This document shows positions 48,070-55,510 of a stretch of 64,000 nt of DNA, one piece after another. The stretch comes from Candidatus Saccharimonadota bacterium (GTDB lineage Bacteria; Patescibacteriota; Saccharimonadia; Saccharimonadales; JACDBH01): the NCBI GenBank assembly GCA_028289135.1, contig JAQGGW010000005.1, forward strand, positions 70,758 through 134,757, read 5' to 3'. The notes under the pieces were generated by a model. It was not told the DNA's origin, did not search any database, and saw nothing but the letters and a program-made list of their open reading frames with translations. Position numbers and translations under genes: made by a program. Positions within the stretch are counted from its first letter, which is position 1. Each line of letters starts with the position of its first letter.

Positions 48070-48256
48070 GCTAAACACCTTACAGCCTGGCATGCTCACA
48101 CACTTTTTAGGCTAAGCTCCGTCAAAGACACAACAAGAACCAGCCGAGGACTGTTTGACGGAGCGTTTAGCTCCTAGTTCCGCAGGCTTGTTGTGTCTCT
48201 TGACTGGGAGCTTACCTAAAGGTGGGTGCGGCATGTCAGGATGGAAGGTGTTTAGC
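48070..48256. ncRNA. candidate structured RNA: a ~187-nt extended imperfect hairpin rod (strand undetermined)
   Basis: Nested complementary segments. gctaaacacctt/aaggtgtttagc. cctggcatgc/gcatgtcagg. tttaggctaagctcc/gggagcttacctaaa. gtcaaagacacaacaag/cttgttgtgtctcttgac. An apical ggagc-gttta-gctcc. Confidence 0.3.
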
Positions 48257-48276
48257 TAAGAGGGGTAAACTAAAAT

Positions 48277-49350
48277 CTATTTTACGAGGCCGCTGGTTTG
48301 GAGGAGGGCTAGGCCGAGGGTTATGAAGCCAGCCACTGCAAAATCAATATGCAGGTGCTTCAGAATGTAATGTTCGCCGGCAAGGGCAAAGTTTTTGAGT
48401 TGGCGGCGCCTTTCTAGAGCCCAGAATACTCCAACTCCGCACATCGATGCCACGAGCAATGTGCCGCTCCAGCGGGCGTTACCTCCGGTAAGGAGCTGGA
48501 TTTTGCGGACGCTGGCGCTAAAGGCTGGAGTTTTTGGAGTTGCAGATGTGGTTGTTGACGCAACGGTAGTAGTTTTAACAGGTGTTTTTGCAGTGTCTGG
48601 TGTGGCAGATGGGGCAGCCGTTGGCGTTTGGGTGGTTTGCGGCGGTAGGCTGGCTGTTGGCGATTGGCTGGACTGTCCGCTGGATGAAGAGGCGGCTGGA
48701 GTGCTCGGAGGGCTGCTTGCGGCAGGAGCAGGAGACGCGGCCGGGGCTTGCTGCGCAACTGGCGCGCCGTACATGGCAACGACAACGGTTTGTTGGCCGT
48801 CATTCACAAAATTTGGGCTGTTGGCGAAGCCAAAGCCGACTTCGGTAAAAGCGCTGTTTAGTAAATTTTGGCGGTGAGGCGGGCTGTTCATCCACCCCGT
48901 TACGGTTTCGGAAGCATTGTCAAAGCCGTAAGCCAGGTTTTCGCCGGCAGTTTGGTAGTCATAGCCTGCGTTTGTAATAAACACCCACGGCTCTTCGCCG
49001 TCTGGCGTGTTATGCGACCAGTAATTTCGCGCAACCATATCGTTTGCTTTGGTTTGGGCCGCGCTGGTAAGCTGGCCGTTTAGCCCAAGCGACGCAACGC
49101 CATTGCTCGAACGCTGGGAGTTTGTTTGTGCCAGCAAGTCACTGCCGCTCATTGATGTCGAATAACTCAGTACGCTGTTATGTGCGGCGCGGGTGTGGTG
49201 CGGTGCGACCGACTGATGTATTGCAACTGCTGAGGCAAACAACAAAATCGCCGGTAAGAACTTAATAGTCCGCAATAGCGGGCGACTTTGCTTTCTAGCC
49301 TTTTTATATGACCTATGGGTGGTATGTTTTAGGGGTTTCTTTTTTTGCAT
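48277..49350 (-). CDS. CAP/SCP-domain (PR-1-like) surface protein with a Pro/Ala/Thr-rich stalk
   Basis: N-terminal TM. CAP core ...YWSHNTPDG...GENLAYGF...GWMNSPPHRQNLL. A long PAAS-rich linker. C-terminal hydrophobic segments. Confidence 0.6.
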   Translation of the reverse strand: MQKKKPLKHTTHRSYKKARKQSRPLLRTIKFLPAILLFASAVAIHQSVAPHHTRAAHNSVLSYSTSMSGSDLLAQTNSQRSSNGVASLGLNGQLTSAAQTKANDMVARNYWSHNTPDGEEPWVFITNAGYDYQTAGENLAYGFDNASETVTGWMNSPPHRQNLLNSAFTEVGFGFANSPNFVNDGQQTVVVAMYGAPVAQQAPAASPAPAASSPPSTPAASSSSGQSSQSPTASLPPQTTQTPTAAPSATPDTAKTPVKTTTVASTTTSATPKTPAFSASVRKIQLLTGGNARWSGTLLVASMCGVGVFWALERRRQLKNFALAGEHYILKHLHIDFAVAGFITLGLALLQTSGLVK

Positions 49351-49374
49351 AATACTTAAGCTAATTATACCGCA

Positions 49375-50055
49375 TTAGCGCCGTGCACGCCGCTCGGCAA
49401 ATGATTCACCCGCAAAATATGCCACTACAGTTAGTATTGACCCAACAACTAGCCAGGTGGCTCCAGATACTTTTTTCGGTTGTGAAGCCCGCTTTTTGCT
49501 TTGTGAAACTGGCGCAGTCGGCTGGGTTGGCTTCGGAGCAGGTGCTGGCTCGGCAGGAGCTGGAGAGGGTGTTGGCTGATCGGGCTGCGAAGGTGCTGCA
49601 GGAGCTTGCGGTGCAACAACATTTGAAGAGTTGTTAGTTGGACTAATATCGCTCACATTAAAGTCCACGGTGTCTGCATAGGCTTGCCATGCTGTTCTTT
49701 GGTCTTGGTCCAGGTTTTTGGCAGCGGCAGTACAATCGTCAATTTGCTGGAAGCTAACAGTCACAATCTGGGATACTTCAATATATTCACCGCCGAGCTG
49801 CGTACTAATAATATTTTCGCAGTACATGGCCGAAGGCTGGTCGGTCACGGCGCGGAGCTGTAATGCCCGCCGGATAATCCGGCTCAATGAATCTCCGGGG
49901 TTCGCTGAAAATGAATAGGAAGTTATGCTTGATGGAGTGACGGACGACATTGTATTGCTCGACTCAGCATGAGTAACACGCATTGGTACAAACGCACCTA
50001 AAAAAAGCGCCAGAATTGCGAAAATGCAGAATATGTGACGCCGTGACCTTAACAT
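49375..50055 (-). CDS. hypothetical surface protein with a Pro-rich linker and C-terminal TM anchor
   Basis: Signal/TM N-terminus, then PQAPAAPSQPDQPTPSPAPAEPAPAPKPTQPTAP, then TWLVVGSILTVVAYFAGESFAERRARR. Confidence 0.4.
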   Translation of the reverse strand: MLRSRRHIFCIFAILALFLGAFVPMRVTHAESSNTMSSVTPSSITSYSFSANPGDSLSRIIRRALQLRAVTDQPSAMYCENIISTQLGGEYIEVSQIVTVSFQQIDDCTAAAKNLDQDQRTAWQAYADTVDFNVSDISPTNNSSNVVAPQAPAAPSQPDQPTPSPAPAEPAPAPKPTQPTAPVSQSKKRASQPKKVSGATWLVVGSILTVVAYFAGESFAERRARR

Positions 50056-50133
50056 CTCAGAACCCTCCTTTTAGCTCCCCATGCCACCTGGATACTTATG
50101 CTTACTGTACCGCTTTATTGTGCACGCCGCAAG

Positions 50134-50628
50134 TTAATGGAAGCGTAATTGATACAACGCCATAGCCGCAGCCTGGACGACGTTAAAAGACTCTTTTTTG
50201 CCAAACATCGGGATCACCAAACTTTTGTCTACCTTATTAAGCAGCTCCGCAGCAACACCAGTAACTTCGCTACCAAGCAGCAGCGCGCATTTTTCAGGCG
50301 CAGTAAACCCTGAGAGGTCGATGGCATCTGTTGTTTGCTCCAAAGCGCAGATTGTAAAGCCATCTTCTCGCAGGCGTGAAAGTACCGTGAAAACATCATC
50401 AGCTTGCTCCCAATTCACTGTATTTTCGGCGCCCAAGGCAGTTTTATGTATACTCTCATCAAGTTTTTTGGCAATATGGGGCAAGCGTGTATCGCCTGGC
50501 TTTAGCGGATATGGCGTATAACCAGTTAAATAAACCTTTTCAACACCGAGTCCATCGGCCGTGCGCAGTAAAGACCCCACATTGTGGGTACTTCGGATAT
50601 CGTGGGCAATAACAACTAAAGACTTCAT
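50134..50628 (-). CDS. SpoU/TrmH-family RNA 2'-O-methyltransferase
   Basis: MKSLVVIAHDIRSTHNVGSLLRTADGLGV, the SPOUT-fold motifs. Confidence 0.7.
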   Translation of the reverse strand: MKSLVVIAHDIRSTHNVGSLLRTADGLGVEKVYLTGYTPYPLKPGDTRLPHIAKKLDESIHKTALGAENTVNWEQADDVFTVLSRLREDGFTICALEQTTDAIDLSGFTAPEKCALLLGSEVTGVAAELLNKVDKSLVIPMFGKKESFNVVQAAAMALYQLRFH

Positions 50629-50701
50629 TGGGCATTAGTATAGGCTTTTTAATCTGTTGGCACTAGCTTGAGCCCCTGCGCTTATGCTTTAATAAGAGCA
50701 T

Positions 50702-52309
50702 ATGTCACAAAGTGCCCGGCAAGAAGAAGAAACTAACACGCAGCGCCGCGCCCAGGTTTTGGGGCTGCAATATATCGATACTTCATTAGTTGCCGCGCCA
50801 AAGCTTTATCCGGATCTGCTGTCCAACGACGAGCTCTATAAGTTAAAAGTTATCCCTGTTATGTACGACCGCAGCCACATTTTGTTTGGCATTACCAACA
50901 CCACATCTCAGCAAACAATGAAAACTCTTGGCCAGCGTTTTTTGGATCAGCGGGTGAGCTTTGGACTTATTTCTGAAACAGGTTACTCCAACTACATGAA
51001 GTTGTACGACCCGCCAAAACAAGTTGTATACGAAAACATTGCTCTCAACACCGCTGGCAGCCAAAACCTGATTGAAAAAGTGTCGGCCATGCTTAAGGAA
51101 ATTAAGCCAGACGACATGTTGGCGTATTTAGTTGAACAAGCCCATAGTTTGTCGGCTAGTGATATCCATATGGAATCGCAGCATGATAATGTCCGGATCC
51201 GCTTCCGTATTGACGGTGTTTTACACCCAATTGGTACGCTTGAGTTTGAGCGCTATCGCACGCTACTGGCAGTGGTGGCAAGTGCCGGAAACATTTCGGC
51301 TTCTGATCAAAACGCCCAGCAGGGGCATATTTCGGAAGACGTAACAATGGCCGATGGTACAAAAGTCCGGGTTAATGTTCGTCTGGAAACCACGCCAACT
51401 GTGAACGGTACGGATGTTGTGATGCGCTTGTTTAACCTTAATGCAGATAACTACACACTTGACCGCCTTGGTTTGAGCCCCGACGAACGTGCGGTAGTGG
51501 ACGAGATAATTACCAAGCCAACCGGTTTGGTGCTTGTGGTAGGCCCAACTGGGTCCGGCAAGACGACCACACTTTATTCAATCCTAAACACCCTAAACAG
51601 CGAAGAGCGCAAGATTATTACTGTTGAGGACCCGGTTGAATACCAATTTCCAGGCATCGTGCAGATTTCGGTTGACACCCACGCGGCTGGAAATGATGGT
51701 AGCTTTGCCGAGCGTCTGCGCGCCATCTTGCGCCTTGATCCGGATATTGTGATGGTCGGCGAGATCCGTGATAACGATACCGCCAAGACAGCTTTGCAGG
51801 CATCTTTAACGGGGCACTTAGTTCTCTCAACATTCCACGCCTCATCCGCTGCCGCCGCCCTGACACGTCTTGAGGACATCATAGGCCAAAACCCATTGTT
51901 TGTATCGGCAATCCGCCTGGTTATGGCTCAGCGCCTGATCAGAAAACTTGATGACTCGGTCAAACAGTCATATCCTGCAACCGAAGCCGAAGTTGCGACC
52001 ATCAAAGGTGTTTTGGACACCCTGCCTGCTAGTTTTCAAAAACCAGACATTTCCAACCTGCAACTTTTTAAACCCGGTAGCTCCCCAGAAAACCCATATG
52101 GTTTTAGCGGGCAGCTGGCGCTCCGCGAACAGTTTACAATGGACGGTGCCATCCGCACCCTTCTTGAAACCCAGCACACGATTATTTCCGCCCAAGCCAT
52201 TGAAGAAGCAGCTATCAAAAGCGGCATGCTAACCATGCTCCAAAAAGGCATTCTAAAAGTTATTGCCGGCGAAACAACCCTCGACGAAGTCTACCGCGTC
52301 GTCGGCTAA
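50702..52309 (+). CDS. GspE/PilB-family type II secretion / type IV pilus assembly ATPase
   Basis: N-terminal T2SSE_N-like domain. Walker A VVGPTGSGKTTT, an Asp box, Walker B, a His box. Confidence 0.85.
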   Translation: MSQSARQEEETNTQRRAQVLGLQYIDTSLVAAPKLYPDLLSNDELYKLKVIPVMYDRSHILFGITNTTSQQTMKTLGQRFLDQRVSFGLISETGYSNYMKLYDPPKQVVYENIALNTAGSQNLIEKVSAMLKEIKPDDMLAYLVEQAHSLSASDIHMESQHDNVRIRFRIDGVLHPIGTLEFERYRTLLAVVASAGNISASDQNAQQGHISEDVTMADGTKVRVNVRLETTPTVNGTDVVMRLFNLNADNYTLDRLGLSPDERAVVDEIITKPTGLVLVVGPTGSGKTTTLYSILNTLNSEERKIITVEDPVEYQFPGIVQISVDTHAAGNDGSFAERLRAILRLDPDIVMVGEIRDNDTAKTALQASLTGHLVLSTFHASSAAAALTRLEDIIGQNPLFVSAIRLVMAQRLIRKLDDSVKQSYPATEAEVATIKGVLDTLPASFQKPDISNLQLFKPGSSPENPYGFSGQLALREQFTMDGAIRTLLETQHTIISAQAIEEAAIKSGMLTMLQKGILKVIAGETTLDEVYRVVG

Positions 52310-53061
52310 ATTACATACTCGGGAACGGACGACTCTGTGCTCTGAGAAAGTTTAAGCATTGCTTCACGTCTTTTTTCTATAGATCTCTTTGCTCGTGTAT
52401 TCTTAATGCCAAACGCTAATATAGCAAGACCTATGGCATCTAAAAACCCAAATCCAATAACCGGACCCTGGTCATATTCATTACCAGATGCATGGATGTC
52501 ATTAATGGTACCCTCGTCAATTTTAATCCCGATAGGACCTTCGGCGCTTTGATCATAAAAATCAGATACTGCTGACTGTGTTGCGCCATCCTTTATTACA
52601 TTATTGGCCTTATCGACGTAACTTTCTAACAGAGGTTTTTGGCCATTTTCATCTGGCTGGACATAAGATTCAAGAATTCCTATTTCATGTTTTGTTGTGT
52701 CCACAAGAACTTTCGCGTCATAAATACGATCCGGGTTAAGTGTACAGCTGTTCGCCTCTACTATTTCTTCTGCCGTTTCCGGCTCACCATTTATCAGAAC
52801 CATACACCCGGCACCAAGTACTTGTCCGTAGTCCGCAAGGCGTGCATTTTTGGCGCTAAGCATATCTTCTATTTGCTGGGTAACTGTTGGCAGATCATCG
52901 ATAAAACCTTGTGCTATAACTGCATTTGCAGCGTCATGATGCATTTCCTCATGATAACGCTCTACCATATTGGCTCCGCCCCATAAGCTAACACCTGCCA
53001 TTATTGTTGAACCTGTAATAATTCCTAGTTTTCCCATAATATTGCAACTATAGCACAACAT
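52306..53061 (-). CDS. hypothetical membrane protein (TM at both ends)
   Basis: 251-aa ORF with ~42% GC. An acidic central domain. Start uncertain, with no clear RBS. Confidence 0.4.
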   Translation of the reverse strand: MLCYSCNIMGKLGIITGSTIMAGVSLWGGANMVERYHEEMHHDAANAVIAQGFIDDLPTVTQQIEDMLSAKNARLADYGQVLGAGCMVLINGEPETAEEIVEANSCTLNPDRIYDAKVLVDTTKHEIGILESYVQPDENGQKPLLESYVDKANNVIKDGATQSAVSDFYDQSAEGPIGIKIDEGTINDIHASGNEYDQGPVIGFGFLDAIGLAILAFGIKNTRAKRSIEKRREAMLKLSQSTESSVPEYVI

Positions 53062-53177
53062 TTTTTTATTTAAAGACTAATAAATCTAAAAACAGGTCAA
53101 ACCAAAAGGTCTTTTCAAGTCGTAACAGATATGATATACTTTATGGAAACGAAATATTAGTGTAAGGATTGTTTATT

Positions 53178-53705
53178 ATGCCATCTGTTATCGAAATTAT
53201 TACGAACCGCCAGAAAAAGCACCAGGTTGTTGACGTTAAAAGCGGCGACACCGTCCGTGTGCATCAAAAAATCCGTGAAGGCGCCAAAGAGCGTATCCAA
53301 ATTTTTGAAGGCCTAGTTATCCGTACCGACCGCAAAGGTTCACTCAGCAGCAGCATTACCGTCCGCCGTATCTCTAGCGGTGTTGGTGTCGAAAAAAGCT
53401 ACCTCTTGCATTCCCCGCTTGTTATGAAAATTGAAGTTACTAAGCGCTCAAAAGTCCGCCGTAACTACCTAACTTATATGCGCGCACGCAGCGGTAAATC
53501 TGCCCGCCTCAGTGGCCAGGACTTTGATAAGGGCGCTGTTAACACAATTGAAGAAGATCCAGCGATTGCAGCAGCCGAAGCAGAGCTAAAAGCCACTCAA
53601 GAAGCCGAGCATGCAGCTGAAATGGCCGCCAAAGCCGAAACAGAAGCTGCCGAAGAAGCCAAAGCCCAAGAGGCGCTTGCAGCCCACGACGCCGCTAAAG
53701 CCTAA
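53178..53705 (+). CDS. rplS: 50S ribosomal protein L19 with an Ala/Glu-rich C-terminal extension
   Basis: GDTVRVHQKIREGAKERIQIFEGLVI L19 core. About 55 extra C-terminal residues (AEAELKATQEAEHAAEMAAKAETEAAEEAKAQEALAA). Confidence 0.8.
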   Translation: MPSVIEIITNRQKKHQVVDVKSGDTVRVHQKIREGAKERIQIFEGLVIRTDRKGSLSSSITVRRISSGVGVEKSYLLHSPLVMKIEVTKRSKVRRNYLTYMRARSGKSARLSGQDFDKGAVNTIEEDPAIAAAEAELKATQEAEHAAEMAAKAETEAAEEAKAQEALAAHDAAKA

Positions 53706-53923
53706 CCACGAATCCCAGACCAGCAACTTACAACCTGGCAAAGCCAGCATTGCTAATTTGCTTCTCGGCTATTTCCAATTTTTGAAGTCCAGTACTCACT
53801 TCACCGTACCTTTTGTACGGCTCGTTCCGTGCTTCCTTCAAAAATCGAAACTAGCTCGAGTCTGGAATCCGTGGGCGCTCACCACTGCTTTATAGTTTAT
53901 ACTTATCTGCATGAAGGTGAAGC

Positions 53924-54490
53924 GTGATTGGGATTGATGAAGTGGGGAGGGGTTGCTGGGCCGGGCCGCTACTGGTGGTAGCTGCCCGTACAACTGGTAC
54001 GCTTCCGTTGGGGCTAAAAGATTCTAAAAAACTGAGCAAAAAACAGCGCGAAAACTTATTTTTACAGATTCAAACTAGTTGCGATTTAGGTGAAGGCTGG
54101 GTTACGGCGGCTGAGATTGATGCAGATGGACTGACTAAGGCTATGGAGCTGGCGGTTGGACGTGCGCTTCAGGCAATAAACGCTCAGAACGACGAAGAAA
54201 TTATTATGGACGGCATCATTAATTACTGCGATCCAGCATTTATAAACGTAAAATGTGAAGCTAAGGCGGACGATGCGTATCCAGTTGTAAGCGCGGCGAG
54301 TATTTATGCCAAAGTAACCCGCGACCGATATATGACAGAACTAAAAAACGAGTATAGTGTCTACGAATTTGCTAAGCATGTTGGATACGGAACCAAACTC
54401 CACAGCGACCTGCTAGCTATTCATGGGACATGCGACCAGCACCGTTTGTCTTTTGCGCCCATTAAGAAACTTTTGGCTCAAGCAATTTAA
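53924..54490 (+). CDS. rnhB: ribonuclease HII
   Basis: MIGIDEVGRGCWAGPLLVVAA plus the DSK motif. Confidence 0.85.
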   Translation: MIGIDEVGRGCWAGPLLVVAARTTGTLPLGLKDSKKLSKKQRENLFLQIQTSCDLGEGWVTAAEIDADGLTKAMELAVGRALQAINAQNDEEIIMDGIINYCDPAFINVKCEAKADDAYPVVSAASIYAKVTRDRYMTELKNEYSVYEFAKHVGYGTKLHSDLLAIHGTCDQHRLSFAPIKKLLAQAI

Positions 54491-54508
54491 GTCTGCTACG
54501 CTCAATCC

Positions 54509-54847
54509 ATGCAAACGACCAAGATTGGGAATAAAGGCGAACAAACAGCTACCGAAGCATTAATACGCCAGGGTTATAAAATTGTAGATCGGAACTGGAA
54601 GACAAAGTGGGCCGAAGTGGACATTGTCGCCAAAAAAGACGGCATTATGTATTTTGTGGAAGTTAAATTCCGCGGCTCCTCACGCCAGGGCGATGGGCTG
54701 GATTATATTACCGACCAAAAACTGCACCACATGATGCGCGCGGCAGAACTTTGGGTAAACATGTATGAATGGGCGGGCGAATACCAGCTTCTGGCCGCGG
54801 CAGTAGACGGCAGCCTCGGCGAAACAGACATCCGTGAAATCGCTTAA
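54509..54847 (+). CDS. yraN: YraN-family endonuclease (UPF0102)
   Basis: GNKGEQTATEALIRQGYKIVDRNWK...EVDIVA...FVEVKFR. Confidence 0.75.
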   Translation: MQTTKIGNKGEQTATEALIRQGYKIVDRNWKTKWAEVDIVAKKDGIMYFVEVKFRGSSRQGDGLDYITDQKLHHMMRAAELWVNMYEWAGEYQLLAAAVDGSLGETDIREIA

Positions 54848-54886
54848 CCTTGTATATTATGCAATAAAATCATAAAATAACCATAT

Positions 54887-55510
54887 ATGACTTCTTCGAC
54901 AGCACATACGCCATTGCCTCGTGAAGCAATGCGATTACCAGTTGCTGTTAATATGGATAGCTTTTATGACGCCCGGGTTCAGGCTTTGGCAGGTGTAGTT
55001 GCGTGTTCACCCGAAAGCAGTGCTATGTCAGAAGATTATTCAAGTAGCTTATTTAAAACATTCGATAATATAATGAAAAACATTTCCGTGAGCAGCACAC
55101 CTCAATATGCTGACTATCTGGCAGGTTATGATGGAAGCCATATTAATGTTCATGCAGCCGACGGTGTGTTAAGTGCACGATTTAAGGCGAGACAAAGTAC
55201 TGTTGCGACTATATTTCTATTTGAAAAGTCGGAAGGCAAAGTATTAACCGATGTATATCGTGACGATATTGCAATGCGTAAAAATAAACCAGAGCTTATA
55301 GTTCCCGCTCCGATTTATCCGGTTATGGCACTTGCAACGGTTGAAAGAATTATGGCGACAACTGAAAATAATTTTCGCGATCCAACATTAGCTAAACTTA
55401 TTAGATTGGCAGCAGATCCCGACCACGAGGAATTTGTAAGACTTTTAAGGTGTATCAATAATCGTAGCCTTTTAGATTGGTTACTGGACGAAAGAATTCC
55501 ACATATCTAA
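54887..55510 (+). CDS. hypothetical protein (207 aa), low GC
   Basis: ORF with ~41% GC against a ~50% background. No motif. 4-nt overlap with the 3' end of the convergent pepN. Confidence 0.4.
   Translation: MTSSTAHTPLPREAMRLPVAVNMDSFYDARVQALAGVVACSPESSAMSEDYSSSLFKTFDNIMKNISVSSTPQYADYLAGYDGSHINVHAADGVLSARFKARQSTVATIFLFEKSEGKVLTDVYRDDIAMRKNKPELIVPAPIYPVMALATVERIMATTENNFRDPTLAKLIRLAADPDHEEFVRLLRCINNRSLLDWLLDERIPHI

Noticed and set aside
48070-48256. Possible RNase P RNA, tmRNA or SRP RNA in the long dnaE-downstream gap
   Set aside because: Conserved motifs are absent (RNase P GGAAAGUCCGG/ACAGAAA, tmRNA GGGG...CCA ends and tag ORF, SRP domain IV). The fold is a simple rod rather than a multi-domain structure. 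It is kept as an unassigned ncRNA candidate.
48395-48877. Alternative-frame and antisense ORFs (160 aa, 129 aa, 88 aa) within the CAP-domain gene
   Set aside because: They are products of the GC-rich Pro/Ala-repeat region being open in several frames. The CAP-domain frame is the only one with a recognisable fold.
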